Shown here one piece after another: positions 23,007-34,492 of a stretch of 64,000 nucleotides of DNA. Position numbers and translations under genes: made by a program. Location: NCBI RefSeq assembly GCF_009931435.1, contig NZ_CP043414.1; one strand, 5' to 3'. The notes below the pieces were generated by a model that made no database searches, had not been told where the DNA came from, and saw only the letters and a list, made by a program, of their open reading frames with translations. This DNA comes from Escherichia coli (GTDB taxonomy: Bacteria > Pseudomonadota > Gammaproteobacteria > Enterobacterales > Enterobacteriaceae). Every line of letters begins with the position of its first letter. Position 1 is the first letter of the stretch.

Positions 23007-24596
23007 TTAATGCTCGCGAGTCTGGTGGAACTGAACGTCCGGATAACGTTCCTGCGCCAGGCGCAGGTTGACCATGCTGGTAGCGATGTAAGCGAGGTTA
23101 TCGCCGCCATCAAGCGCCAGTTGGCTTTCGTTCTTACGCTTGAACTCTTCGAATTTCTTCGCGTCCGCACATTCTACCCAGCGTGCAGTGGCAACGTTGA
23201 CTGACTCATACACTGCTTCAACGTTGTATTCGCTCTTCAGGCGCGCTACCACCACATCAAACTGCAGCACACCAACCGCACCAACGATCAGGTCGTTGTT
23301 GGAAATCGGACGGAACACCTGCACCGCGCCCTCTTCGGAAAGCTGTACCAGCCCTTTGAGCAGCTGTTTTTGCTTCAGCGGATCTTTCAGGCGGATACGA
23401 CGGAACAGTTCCGGCGCAAAGTTCGGGATACCGGTGAACTTCATCATCTCACCCTGGGTAAAGGTGTCGCCGATCTGAATAGTGCCGTGGTTGTGCAGAC
23501 CAAGGATGTCGCCCGGATACGCTTCTTCAACATGCGAACGGTCGCCCGCCATAAAGGTCAGCGCGTCGGAGATCACCACATCTTTCGCGGTGCGCACCTG
23601 ACGCAGCTTCATGCCTTTTTCATATTTACCGGATACCACGCGCATAAACGCCACGCGGTCGCGGTGTTTCGGGTCCATGTTGGCCTGAATTTTAAATACG
23701 AAGCCGGTAAATTTATCTTCGCTCGCCTCTACGGTACGGGTATCAGTCTGACGCGGCATCGGCGCAGGTGCCCACTCTACCAGGCCATCCAGCATATGAT
23801 CGACGCCGAAGTTACCCAGCGCAGTACCAAAGAACACTGGAGTGATTTCGCCCGCAAGGAACAATTCTTTGTCGAACTCGTTAGACGCGCCTTTCACCAG
23901 TTCCAGTTCGTCACGCAGCTGCTGTGCCAGATCTTCACCAACCGCAGCATCGAGATCCGGGTTATTCAGCCCTTTAACAATACGGACTTCCTGAATGGTG
24001 TGACCTTTACCACTCTGATAGAGATAGGTTTCGTCTTTATAAAGGTGGTAAACGCCTTTAAACAGCTTGCCGCAGCCAATCGGCCAGGTGATCGGCGCAC
24101 AGCCGATTTTCAGCTCGTTCTCAACTTCATCGAGCAGCTCCATCGGATCGCGGATATCACGGTCAAGTTTGTTCATAAAGGTGAGGATCGGCGTATCGCG
24201 CAGACGGGTAACTTCCATCAGCTTACGGGTACGATCTTCAACACCTTTTGCGGCGTCGATAACCATCAGGCAGCAGTCCACCGCCGTCAGGGTACGATAG
24301 GTATCTTCCGAGAAGTCTTCGTGCCCGGGGGTGTCGAGCAGGTTAACCAGGCAGTCGTGATACGGAAACTGCATCACAGAGGTGGTAATGGAGATCCCAC
24401 GCTGCTTTTCCATCTCCATCCAGTCCGACTTAGCGTGCTGGTTGGAACCACGGCCTTTTACTGTACCGGCAGTCTGAATGGCCTGTCCGAACAGCAGCAC
24501 CTTCTCGGTGATGGTCGTTTTACCGGCGTCCGGGTGAGAAATAATGGCAAAAGTGCGGCGCTTCGCCACCTCTTGCAAATAAGGAGACAACGTCAT
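23007..24596 (-). CDS. prfC: Peptide chain release factor 3 (RF3)
   Basis: Start placed at [28 protein letters not shown]... with GTPase motifs (529 aa). Confidence 0.95.
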
Positions 24597-24686
24597 AATT
24601 CTTTCTTCTTGAGTAAGCGGCATCGCGCCGCGCTTGTTGAAAACGAAAAATTGCGGCTATTTTACCCATCAACGGGGGGGAGGCAA

Positions 24687-25364
24687 TCAGTGTTTACACA
24701 GGAGCTGCTCCAGTTCGTGCAACGAAGAAACGGTCCAGGTAGGCGCGATGCCTTCTGGTTGCTCGCGATTGTGCGCATTCAGCCAGCAGGTCGCAAGCCC
24801 GGCGTTGATGCCACCGAGAATATCGGACTCGGCAGTGTCGCCAACCATCAGCACGCGTGAACGGTCAGGATTGCCCGCCTGTTCCAGCGCATAATCGAAA
24901 ATTTTCTTATTCGGTTTGGCTACGCCAACTTCTTCGGAAATCACCAACAAATCGAAATAATCACGCAGGCCCGTGCGTTCCAGACGCACTTGCTGCAAGG
25001 CGCTAAAGCCGTTGGTGATGATGCCGATTTTGGCGTTGCCGCGAATGGCATTAAGCAGGGAAACCGCGCCCGGCAGCGGCGTGCAAATTTCCGCCATCGC
25101 ATTAATGAAGGCCTCGTTGAGTTTACCTGGCTCGACGTTCAGCCGTTCGGCCCAGCTCTCAAAACGCCCGTGCTGAAGCTGTAATGAAGTGATCGCGCCG
25201 TTTTGATAATCCACCCACAGTGGCTTGTTAACGGCCTGATAGTCCTGAAAATCTTCAGCGGTAAAGGTGACGCTGTAATCAAGAAACATCCGCTGCAGGC
25301 CGGTGAATGAGTCAAAGGTAAACAGCGTTTCATCGGCATCAAAGAAAATCCAGTCCCACTTCAT
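24687..25364 (-). CDS. yjjG: Pyrimidine 5'-nucleotidase YjjG (HAD family)
   Basis: 225-aa [20 protein letters not shown]... with HAD motif I (DxDET). Confidence 0.9.
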   Translation of the reverse strand: MKWDWIFFDADETLFTFDSFTGLQRMFLDYSVTFTAEDFQDYQAVNKPLWVDYQNGAITSLQLQHGRFESWAERLNVEPGKLNEAFINAMAEICTPLPGAVSLLNAIRGNAKIGIITNGFSALQQVRLERTGLRDYFDLLVISEEVGVAKPNKKIFDYALEQAGNPDRSRVLMVGDTAESDILGGINAGLATCWLNAHNREQPEGIAPTWTVSSLHELEQLLCKH

Positions 25365-25378
25365 TATTCCACCTTGTC

Positions 25379-25825
25379 TTACATACTGATTGGCAACGCC
25401 ATGATGATGGCGTCTTCGCGACCGTCCTTGGTGGGGTAGTAATTGCGGCGAATCGTCGCCTCGTTAAAGCCTAAACTTTCGTACAGGGCAATGGCGGCAG
25501 CGTTTGAGGCACGGACTTCCAGCCATAGCGTCGCCACGCCGCGTTTTTCCAGTTCGTCGATCAGATGTTCCAGCAGCGCCCTTCCCAGTCCCTGACGCTG
25601 ATAGTCAGGATCGACCGCAATATTGAACAATGTAGCTTCATCCAGCACCACTTGCGTAATCGCAAACGCCGCCATTTTGCCGTTTTGCGTTAACTGAAAG
25701 TTGAGATAACGCTCGCCCTGATTACTGGCAAAGGTTTTTTCACTCCACGGAAAGGCGTGGGCGCGTTGTTCAATGTGGAAAGCCGTTGGTAAATCAGTCG
25801 TTTCGAGGGAAGAAATCGTGTTCAT
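25379..25825 (-). CDS. rimI: Ribosomal protein S18 alanine N-acetyltransferase RimI
   Basis: Start placed at [13 protein letters not shown]... (148 aa); GNAT motif [10 protein letters not shown]. Confidence 0.9.
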   Translation of the reverse strand: MNTISSLETTDLPTAFHIEQRAHAFPWSEKTFASNQGERYLNFQLTQNGKMAAFAITQVVLDEATLFNIAVDPDYQRQGLGRALLEHLIDELEKRGVATLWLEVRASNAAAIALYESLGFNEATIRRNYYPTKDGREDAIIMALPISM

Positions 25826-26207
25826 ATGTGCAAATTTGTTGCCATAACGCGGCGCGTGCCGTTGGGTTTGCCCGTAATTCGGTGAGCGCCGGTGATGCCA
25901 CCTGAGCGCCTTCCAGTGATAGCGGTTCATCAGTACCCAACCGCCAGCTGTTGCAGCGACTGCCTTGCGGCAGCATCGCGATCTTTTCTGGCGTCAGTTG
26001 CAGCACCTGGTCGGGGCTGACGGTTAATGCACGCAGAACATCGCTCACCAGAGGATCGGTCAGGGCGGGAAGATCGTTTGCCACCATCACCAGACGGACG
26101 TGTGCCGGGATCGCAATGGCAATCTCCCCCTGCAACGCGCCAGGGCGACGCAGCGACCACTGGGTAATGCCCAGTTGCTGTAACTGCCAGTCTCGTCGGG
26201 ATGTCAT
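25794..26207 (-). CDS. holD: DNA polymerase III psi subunit HolD
   Basis: 137-aa ORF MTSRRDWQLQQLGITQWSLRRP...; overlaps the rimI start as in the holD-rimI operon. Confidence 0.9.
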   Translation of the reverse strand: MTSRRDWQLQQLGITQWSLRRPGALQGEIAIAIPAHVRLVMVANDLPALTDPLVSDVLRALTVSPDQVLQLTPEKIAMLPQGSRCNSWRLGTDEPLSLEGAQVASPALTELRANPTARAALWQQICTYEHDFFPRND

Positions 26208-26309
26208 AGCGAATCGCTCCTGTTGTCAGGGGCGCAAATATAGCAAATTCGTCGATACCGCGCCAACATATGGCTATAATCGCCGCCAGTATCAATTGAG
26301 GAGCATTCC

Positions 26310-27341
26310 ATGTCTGCATTTACCCCGGCAAGTGAAGTCTTGCTGCGTCACAGTGATGATTTCGAACAAAGCCGTATTCTTTTTGCCGGAGACTTACAGG
26401 ATGACCTGCCCGCGCGTTTAGATACCGCGGCCAGCCGTGCTCATACCCAGCAATTCCACCACTGGCAGGTGTTAAGCCGCCAGATGGGGGATAACGCCCG
26501 TTTTAGTCTGGTCGCCACGGCGGATGACGTCGCAGATTGCGATACGCTGATTTACTACTGGCCGAAGAACAAACCGGAAGCCCAGTTTCAGTTGATGAAT
26601 TTACTTTCTCTGCTGCCGGTGGGGACGGATATTTTTGTTGTTGGCGAGAACCGCAGCGGCGTGCGCAGCGCCGAGCAGATGCTGGCAGATTATGCGCCGT
26701 TGAATAAAGTCGACAGCGCCCGTCGCTGTGGCCTCTATTTTGGTCGTCTGGAAAAACAGCCGGTATTTGATGCCGATAAATTCTGGGGCGAATACAGCGT
26801 CGATGGCCTGACGGTGAAAACGCTGCCTGGCGTGTTTAGCCGCGACGGTCTGGATGTCGGTAGCCAGTTGCTGCTCTCGACGTTAACTCCGCACACGAAA
26901 GGTAAAGTGCTGGATGTCGGCTGCGGTGCAGGCGTTCTTTCAGTTGCCTTTGCACGCCACTCACCGAAGATTCGTCTCACGTTGTGCGATGTTTCTGCGC
27001 CAGCAGTTGAAGCCAGCCGTGCAACACTTGCGGCCAACGGTATTGAAGGTGAAGTCTTTGCCAGCAACGTCTTTTCTGAGGTGAAAGGTCGTTTTGATAT
27101 GATCATCTCCAATCCGCCGTTCCACGATGGGATGCAAACCAGTCTGGATGCAGCACAAACGCTGATTCGCGGCGCGGTGCGTCATCTTAACAGCGGCGGC
27201 GAGCTGAGAATTGTGGCGAATGCCTTCCTGCCTTACCCGGACGTGCTGGATGAGACATTTGGCTTCCACGAAGTGATCGCGCAAACCGGGCGATTCAAGG
27301 TGTATCGCGCCATTATGACCCGCCAGGCGAAGAAAGGTTAA
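26310..27341 (+). CDS. rsmC: 16S rRNA (guanine1207-N2)-methyltransferase RsmC
   Basis: 343 aa; SAM motif [12 protein letters not shown] and NPPFH catalytic motif. Confidence 0.9.
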   Translation: MSAFTPASEVLLRHSDDFEQSRILFAGDLQDDLPARLDTAASRAHTQQFHHWQVLSRQMGDNARFSLVATADDVADCDTLIYYWPKNKPEAQFQLMNLLSLLPVGTDIFVVGENRSGVRSAEQMLADYAPLNKVDSARRCGLYFGRLEKQPVFDADKFWGEYSVDGLTVKTLPGVFSRDGLDVGSQLLLSTLTPHTKGKVLDVGCGAGVLSVAFARHSPKIRLTLCDVSAPAVEASRATLAANGIEGEVFASNVFSEVKGRFDMIISNPPFHDGMQTSLDAAQTLIRGAVRHLNSGGELRIVANAFLPYPDVLDETFGFHEVIAQTGRFKVYRAIMTRQAKKG

Positions 27342-27359
27342 GTATCCCGCCAAATACCG

Positions 27360-27395
<36 letters not shown>

Positions 27396-27461
27396 AAACC
27401 TGCACGTTAGTTTCCTGATGGACATTTTTCCAGCAATTACACCTCCGTCGATAATTAACTA

Positions 27462-27489
27462 TTGACGAAAAGCTGAAAACCACTAGAAT
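27462..27489 (+). promoter_or_regulatory. Candidate sigma-70 promoter of the leuQPV tRNA operon
   Basis: TTGACG, 16-bp spacer, TAGAAT, followed by a GC-rich discriminator (GCGCCTCC) about 40 bp before the first tRNA. Confidence 0.45.
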
Positions 27490-27530
27490 GCGCCTCCGTG
27501 GTAGCAATTCTTTTTAAGAATTGATGGTAT

Positions 27531-27617
27531 GCGAAGGTGGCGGAATTGGTAGACGCGCTAGCTTCAGGTGTTAGTGTCCTTACGGACGTGGGGGTTCAAG
27601 TCCCCCCCCTCGCACCA
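27531..27617 (+). tRNA. leuQ: tRNA-Leu (anticodon CAG), copy 1
   Basis: 87-nt GCGAAGGTGGCGGAATTGGTAGACGCGCTAGCTTCAGGTG...CCCTCGCACCA with encoded CCA; long variable arm; anticodon CAG. Confidence 0.95.
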
Positions 27618-27645
27618 AAAACCACGTTGATATTGCTCGCACTGG

Positions 27646-27732
27646 GCGAAGGTGGCGGAATTGGTAGACGCGCTAGCTTCAGGTGTTAGTGTTCTTACGG
27701 ACGTGGGGGTTCAAGTCCCCCCCCTCGCACCA
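27646..27732 (+). tRNA. leuP: tRNA-Leu (anticodon CAG), copy 2, with a C-to-T change at position 48
   Basis: Identical to copy 1 except GTTCTTACGG instead of GTCCTTACGG in the variable arm. Confidence 0.95.
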
Positions 27733-27765
27733 AACGAGGCGATATCAAAAAAGTAAGATGACTGT

Positions 27766-27852
27766 GCGAAGGTGGCGGAATTGGTAGACGCGCTAGCTTC
27801 AGGTGTTAGTGTCCTTACGGACGTGGGGGTTCAAGTCCCCCCCCTCGCACCA
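27766..27852 (+). tRNA. leuV: tRNA-Leu (anticodon CAG), copy 3
   Basis: Identical to copy 1. Confidence 0.95.
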
Positions 27853-27890
27853 ATTATCTTTACTTCCTTTCTTGTTTCTTCCTTGTTTTT

Positions 27891-28127
27891 TCATCCCTGA
27901 TTCCAGTTCATTATCATCAGCATGACACCAGCAATAAGCGCCAGGCACGATGGTAGCAAAATGTAATGCCGTAACTGTTTGTGATACAGCATTACCGGCG
28001 TCAATACTAATCCCATCAGAATGACAATCCGCCACTGATCCGGCGATAAATCCGCATACATCAGCCCTGCAATCAGCAATCCCGGCAGCAACACTCCCCA
28101 ACCACTGCCCAGCATACGTTGCAACAT
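27891..28127 (-). CDS. yjjZ: Small membrane protein YjjZ (DUF1435)
   Basis: Start placed at MLQRMLGSGWGVLLPGLLIAGLMYADLSPDQW... (78 aa). Confidence 0.7.
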   Translation of the reverse strand: MLQRMLGSGWGVLLPGLLIAGLMYADLSPDQWRIVILMGLVLTPVMLYHKQLRHYILLPSCLALIAGVMLMIMNWNQG

Positions 28128-28145
28128 GGTTTCATCTCTTTCATT

Positions 28146-28164
28146 GATAATGATAACCAATATC
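28146..28164. promoter_or_regulatory. Fur box in the yjjZ-fhuF divergent region
   Basis: GATAATGATAACCAATATC, 17 of 19 matches to the Fur consensus GATAATGATAATCATTATC. Confidence 0.5.
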
Positions 28165-28234
28165 ATATGATAATTTTTATCATTTGCAAGCCAGAGAAAT
28201 CCCTTGCTATCGGGTAAGCCTATCGCTAGGATTA

Positions 28235-28249
28235 GCAATCATTATCATT
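28235..28249. promoter_or_regulatory. Second Fur-like site just upstream of fhuF
   Basis: GCAATCATTATCATT about 20 bp before the fhuF start codon. Confidence 0.4.
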
Positions 28250-28267
28250 TAGATTACTATCCCGATT

Positions 28268-29056
28268 ATGGCCTATCGTTCCGCACCGCTCTATGAAGAT
28301 GTTATCTGGCGAACGCATCTCCAGCCGCAGGATGCTGGGCTTGCACAAGCAGTACGTGCGACGATCGCCGAACATCGTGAACATTTGCTCGAGTTTATCC
28401 GTCTGGATGAACCCGCCCCGCTTAACGCCATGACGCTGGCGCAATGGTCATCACCGAATGCGTTAAGTTCTCTGTTAGCTGTTTATTCCGATCATATCTA
28501 CCGCAATCAACCAACGATGATCCGCGAGAATAAGCCGCTGATCTCCCTGTGGGCGCAATGGTACATCGGCCTGATGGTGCCGCCATTAATGCTGGCCCTG
28601 TTAACGCAGGAAAAAGCATTAGATGTGACGCCGGAACATTTCCACGTTGAGTTTCACGAAACCGGACGCGCCGCCTGTTTCTGGGTCGATGTGTATGAAG
28701 ATAAAAACGCAACACCACATTCACCGCAGCAGCGAATGGAAACGTTAATTAGCAAGGCGCTTGTTCCGGTTGTGCAAGCATTAGAAGCGACTGGAGAAAT
28801 TAACGGTAAACTTATCTGGAGTAATACCGGTTATTTGATCAACTGGTACCTCACTGAGATGAAGCAGCTGCTCGGCGAGGCGACAGTTGAATCGCTGCGC
28901 CATGCCCTCTTTTTTGAGAAAACGCTCACTACCGGTGAAGATAATCCACTCTGGCGTACCGTGGTGCTGCGCGACGGCCTGCTGGTGCGCCGCACTTGCT
29001 GCCAGCGTTATCGCTTACCGGATGTGCAGCAATGTGGTGACTGTACGCTGAAATAG
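28268..29056 (+). CDS. fhuF: Ferric-siderophore reductase FhuF
   Basis: 262-aa ORF MAYRSAPLYEDVIWRTHLQ... ending in the C-C-x10-C-x2-C 2Fe-2S motif (CCQRYRLPDVQQCGDC). Confidence 0.9.
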   Translation: MAYRSAPLYEDVIWRTHLQPQDAGLAQAVRATIAEHREHLLEFIRLDEPAPLNAMTLAQWSSPNALSSLLAVYSDHIYRNQPTMIRENKPLISLWAQWYIGLMVPPLMLALLTQEKALDVTPEHFHVEFHETGRAACFWVDVYEDKNATPHSPQQRMETLISKALVPVVQALEATGEINGKLIWSNTGYLINWYLTEMKQLLGEATVESLRHALFFEKTLTTGEDNPLWRTVVLRDGLLVRRTCCQRYRLPDVQQCGDCTLK

Positions 29057-29094
29057 AAAAATTTGCCGGGGAAGTAAACCCGGCATTAAGCGTA

Positions 29095-29772
29095 TTAATA
29101 GGGGTGCAACACGTTACTTGCTTCGCAATGACGCATACATAACAGAATGTCTGCGGCCTCCAACAACCCTGCATCAGAACTGACGCCCAGTTTCGACATT
29201 ACATTAAATTTATGCGCGCGGATCGTTTTGATATTGCGTTTAAGCTGCTCGGCAATTTGTGTCATTGAGTAGCCACGCGACATAAAGCGCAATATTTCTC
29301 TCTCCGTCGGGCTTAGCGTCCGGCTTTGGTTAATATACCACTGATTGTTCAATCGGTCGGTCGCCTGACGCACACCATTTAATGACAAAAAGAGTTCTTG
29401 ATGAAAAATCTCCAGCGTCGACGCTTTACTTAATACACCGTCCAGCGGTGATGGCGACAATGAACCAATCAGCCGAGCTTCAATATCATCATCCGCAATA
29501 ACTAAACGGCGGGTACGCGGAAACTTAATCGCCAGGTCAGTCAGGCTAGATAATCCCTCTCTGCGCTCATTTCTCATGGCAGAAAAAGAAAAAATGACTG
29601 CCGCAAATGAGATCCGCGACATGGCATCCTGAAATGACTCCTGACTGGTATAGGTATAGAGCTTATAAGGGTTACCCGCAAATTTTCTGAATAAACTCTC
29701 AATACCGATACTGCTCATGACGCATTTTTCTATGAGTGCGACATTTCTCTTCTTAATTCGGCTGTGTTCCAT
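29095..29772 (-). CDS. bglJ: LuxR-family transcriptional regulator BglJ
   Basis: 225 aa with a C-terminal LuxR-type HTH (...[36 protein letters not shown]...). Confidence 0.85.
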
Positions 29773-30455
29773 TCTGCGGCATCTCCATAAACAGAAGGCA
29801 AGTTAAGTTCTCTTGCACCCTGCGCGCTATTTATCCATGCATACATTTCAGCGTTGCTGTGAATTGCCAGTCGACGCATCGCACTGTTTTTTTGGGCGCT
29901 GATAGTTTTATTACTTTTCTTAAGCAATGAAGCTATCTGGTTGATGCCCCATCCTTTACCTAATAGCCGCAGTACTTTACGCTCTGAAAGAGTGAGAATA
30001 ACGGAGCGATAGCTAAAATCATGCGTTTCAGTCATTGCCGGAGAGGTCAGCATGGCACTGATACGCTCTGCGTGCGTATTGCCAGAACGCACGGTCTTGA
30101 CCAGATTCTCAATGGGTTCAACATCAGACAATAATGTCGCCGTAGGGCACATGAGCAGTTCTACCGCCTGGGAATACCAGGAGCGTGACACCATGAAAAC
30201 CCAGTGAATTTCCCGATATTGTGAGATTAAAGAATAATAATGCTCACAAACAGAACGAGGATCTTCACTTTCACCGGCTAAATCTGCAATAACTAATCCG
30301 GAACGACGTAATTGTAATAAGGTAAGGTCCTCCGCAGAGGCGCTGGATATTATTTCATATTCAGGGAAGTGAGTCCTCATGACCTCTTTTAACCCTGCTT
30401 GCATAACAGGTATTTTACTGATAACAATTCCATTTTTGCAGCATCCTGGCAACAT
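29730..30455 (-). CDS. yjjQ: LuxR-family transcriptional regulator YjjQ
   Basis: 241 aa with a C-terminal LuxR HTH (...[34 protein letters not shown]...); overlaps the bglJ start. Confidence 0.85.
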
Positions 30456-31074
30456 ATTTCCTCCACATCCACTGTCTAAAAATCATGATGGTTTATTCAG
30501 GATATTCATTCCTTAAATGTTCCCAGCAAATTAATAGATTAAGCGAATAAATTATCCTTTGCATTCACTTTCATATCAGCATACTCCTGCTGCACAATAA
30601 CTCCACTGCATGTGTCAGAAGGTTAGCATCAAATGATAACCTGGTGAAATAGCCTGGAGACATTTAAAATATCTACATTAAGTTGTTAGAAATACTTAAT
30701 GAAAAACAGAATCCTCATTCATTTAATTTATAATTAAAAAATATTTCTTCTCGCAAAATAAAAAATCACACAATCAATATTTATTCAATAAAATCTGATA
30801 GTTTTATCTTTTTTAAACCCTAAAAAAGCACTCAGTTATCGATAATCCCGATTCGTAAAAACCAGACCATACATTCATTATACCGATAATATTCACGTTA
30901 TAATTTGTTTACAGCTTGAGATTATTCGCTTTTTACCACCGAACCTCTCCCGATAACCAGGATTAATCAGCGCAATTTTGATCTTAACCTGCCGCAAAAC
31001 AACCGCGCTTCATGATACAAATGGATTCTCATAATTTGAACAATACGCAGCGCGTCTATGACAAAGGGCGAGTT

Positions 31075-32309
<1,235 letters not shown>

Positions 32310-32416
32310 AATTGCCTCACTTAAAGCACGCGGATGAGAGACAGCCTCCTCTCCTCCGTGTGTTACTATAAAAGTTATCTCCCTTCTCGTTCATCGTTCC
32401 ATATTTGAGAAACAGT

Positions 32417-32956
32417 ATGTCTTCCAGAGTTTTGACCCCGGACGTCGTTGGTATTGACGCCCTGGTACACGATCACCAAACCGTTCTGGCAAAAGCTGAA
32501 GGCGGTGTGGTTGCCGTATTTGCTAACAATGCCCCGGCGTTTTATGCCGTCACGCCTGCGCGCCTGGCTGAACTGCTGGCGCTGGAAGAAAAGCTGGCGC
32601 GTCCAGGAAGCGATGTCGCTCTGGACGATCAACTCTATCAGGAACCGCAAGCCGCTCCCGTTGCTGTACCCATGGGGAAATTCGCCATGTATCCGGACTG
32701 GCAACCCGATGCCGACTTTATCCGCCTGGCGGCGCTATGGGGCGTGGCGCTAAAAGAGCCGGTGACCACCGAAGAACTGGCCTCATTCATTGCCTACTGG
32801 CAGGCGGAAGGTAAAGTCTTTCACCATGTACAGTGGCAACAAAAACTGGCGCGCAGCCTGCAAATCGGCCGTGCCAGCAACGGCGGACTGCCGAAACGAG
32901 ATGTGAATACGGTCAGCGAACCTGACAGCCAAATTCCACCAGGATTCAGAGGGTAA
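32417..32956 (+). CDS. dnaT: Primosomal protein DnaT
   Basis: Start placed at [25 protein letters not shown]... (179 aa). Confidence 0.9.
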   Translation: MSSRVLTPDVVGIDALVHDHQTVLAKAEGGVVAVFANNAPAFYAVTPARLAELLALEEKLARPGSDVALDDQLYQEPQAAPVAVPMGKFAMYPDWQPDADFIRLAALWGVALKEPVTTEELASFIAYWQAEGKVFHHVQWQQKLARSLQIGRASNGGLPKRDVNTVSEPDSQIPPGFRG

Positions 32957-32958
32957 CG

Positions 32959-33696
32959 ATGAAAAACGTTGGCGACCTGATGCAACGCCTGCAAAAAATG
33001 ATGCCTGCCCATATCAAACCTGCGTTTAAAACGGGTGAAGAACTACTGGCCTGGCAGAAAGAACAAGGGGCAATCCGCTCCGCCGCTCTCGAACGTGAAA
33101 ACCGGGCGATGAAAATGCAGCGCACCTTTAACCGCTCCGGTATTCGTCCACTGCATCAGAACTGCTCCTTTGAGAACTATCGCGTTGAGTGTGAAGGGCA
33201 GATGAATGCGTTAAGCAAAGCACGCCAGTATGTCGAAGAGTTTGACGGCAACATCGCCAGCTTCATCTTTTCTGGCAAGCCAGGAACCGGCAAAAACCAT
33301 CTGGCGGCGGCAATCTGCAACGAGCTACTGCTACGCGGTAAATCCGTATTGATCATCACCGTGGCCGATATTATGTCGGCGATGAAAGATACCTTCAGGA
33401 ATAGCGGTACCAGCGAAGAACAACTGCTTAACGATCTGAGCAACGTTGATCTGCTGGTGATCGATGAGATCGGTGTGCAGACCGAATCGAAATACGAAAA
33501 AGTGATCATCAACCAGATCGTCGATCGCCGCTCTTCTTCCAAACGCCCAACCGGGATGCTGACCAACAGTAATATGGAAGAGATGACCAAGTTGCTGGGC
33601 GAACGCGTGATGGACCGTATGCGCCTGGGCAACAGTTTGTGGGTGATCTTCAACTGGGATAGCTACCGTAGCCGGGTAACGGGTAAAGAGTATTAA
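32959..33696 (+). CDS. dnaC: Helicase loader DnaC
   Basis: 245-aa ORF MKNVGDLMQRLQKMMPAHIK... with Walker A GKPGTGKNHLAAA; starts 2 nt after the dnaT stop. Confidence 0.95.
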   Translation: MKNVGDLMQRLQKMMPAHIKPAFKTGEELLAWQKEQGAIRSAALERENRAMKMQRTFNRSGIRPLHQNCSFENYRVECEGQMNALSKARQYVEEFDGNIASFIFSGKPGTGKNHLAAAICNELLLRGKSVLIITVADIMSAMKDTFRNSGTSEEQLLNDLSNVDLLVIDEIGVQTESKYEKVIINQIVDRRSSSKRPTGMLTNSNMEEMTKLLGERVMDRMRLGNSLWVIFNWDSYRSRVTGKEY

Positions 33697-33741
33697 TCCC
33701 AATTTCTGGCGGTATACTGCGACACAATTCCACCTTGAGTA

Positions 33742-34239
33742 ATGATGATGAAAACTGTTAAACATCTTCTGTGCTGTGCCATTGCTGCCAGCGCATTAAT
33801 TTCCACCGGGGTGCATGCTGCGTCCTGGAAAGATGCGCTCTCCAGCGCCGCCAGCGAACTTGGCAACCATAACAGCACGACACAAGAAGGCGGTTGGTCA
33901 CTCGCTTCATTAACTAGCTTGCTTAGCAGCGGGAACCAGGCCTTAAGCGCAGATAACATGAACAATGCCGCAGGCATACTGCAATACTGCGCGAAGCAGA
34001 AGTTGGCTTCGGTAACCGATGCCGAAAACATCAAGAACCAGGTGCTGGAAAAGCTGGGCCTGAACAGTGAAGAGCAAAAAGAAGACACCAACTATCTGGA
34101 TGGCATTCAGGGTTTGCTGAAAACCAAAGATGGTCAGCAACTCAATCTGGATAACATCGGAACGACTCCGCTGGCAGAAAAGGTGAAAACCAAGGCCTGT
34201 GATCTGGTGTTAAAGCAGGGGCTAAACTTCATTTCCTGA
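33742..34239 (+). CDS. yjjA: Secreted protein YjjA
   Basis: ORF begins with three consecutive ATG codons (the second or third may be the true start); signal peptide KTVKHLLCCAIAASALISTGVHA. Confidence 0.7.
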   Translation: MMMKTVKHLLCCAIAASALISTGVHAASWKDALSSAASELGNHNSTTQEGGWSLASLTSLLSSGNQALSADNMNNAAGILQYCAKQKLASVTDAENIKNQVLEKLGLNSEEQKEDTNYLDGIQGLLKTKDGQQLNLDNIGTTPLAEKVKTKACDLVLKQGLNFIS

Positions 34240-34492
34240 TCCGCGAAACGCCGCGTTTTAGCTGTTACCCGGCTGACGCGGCTCTCTCCTGCCCTTTTCC
34301 CTGCTCCTGGACGGTTTTCCCCCTGTTACACGGGAAGCGACCGTAATCAAAAAAGTCTGTTTATAAACTAATTCCTAACAACATCGCATTTTTTTGACAC
34401 TAGAATTGCAGCAATATGGCGACGCCATTACATTGTGCTTCTCAAAAAGCTTAAACGTTGGCTAAACGGCCCGGTTTAGTGAGGATCGCCCG

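Noticed and set aside
23370-24860. 496-aa ORF on the plus strand
   Set aside because: Antisense shadow of prfC (RF3), extending into yjjG; the sense-strand genes are unambiguous.
27531-27852. Three near-identical 87-bp repeats with ~28-bp spacers, superficially CRISPR-like; also a possible tRNA-associated integration site
   Set aside because: The repeats are complete tRNA-Leu(CAG) genes with cloverleaf features and a CCA end; no cas genes, integrase or att-like direct repeats flank them, and the neighbours are core genes (rsmC, yjjZ, fhuF).
30456-31074. About 600 bp of very AT-rich non-coding DNA between yjjQ and yjjP considered as a possible insertion scar or mobile-element remnant
   Set aside because: No inverted repeats, transposase fragments or direct repeats; an AT-rich, H-NS-silenced yjjQ-bglJ/yjjP divergent control region is known at this locus in E. 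coli, so it is most simply regulatory DNA.
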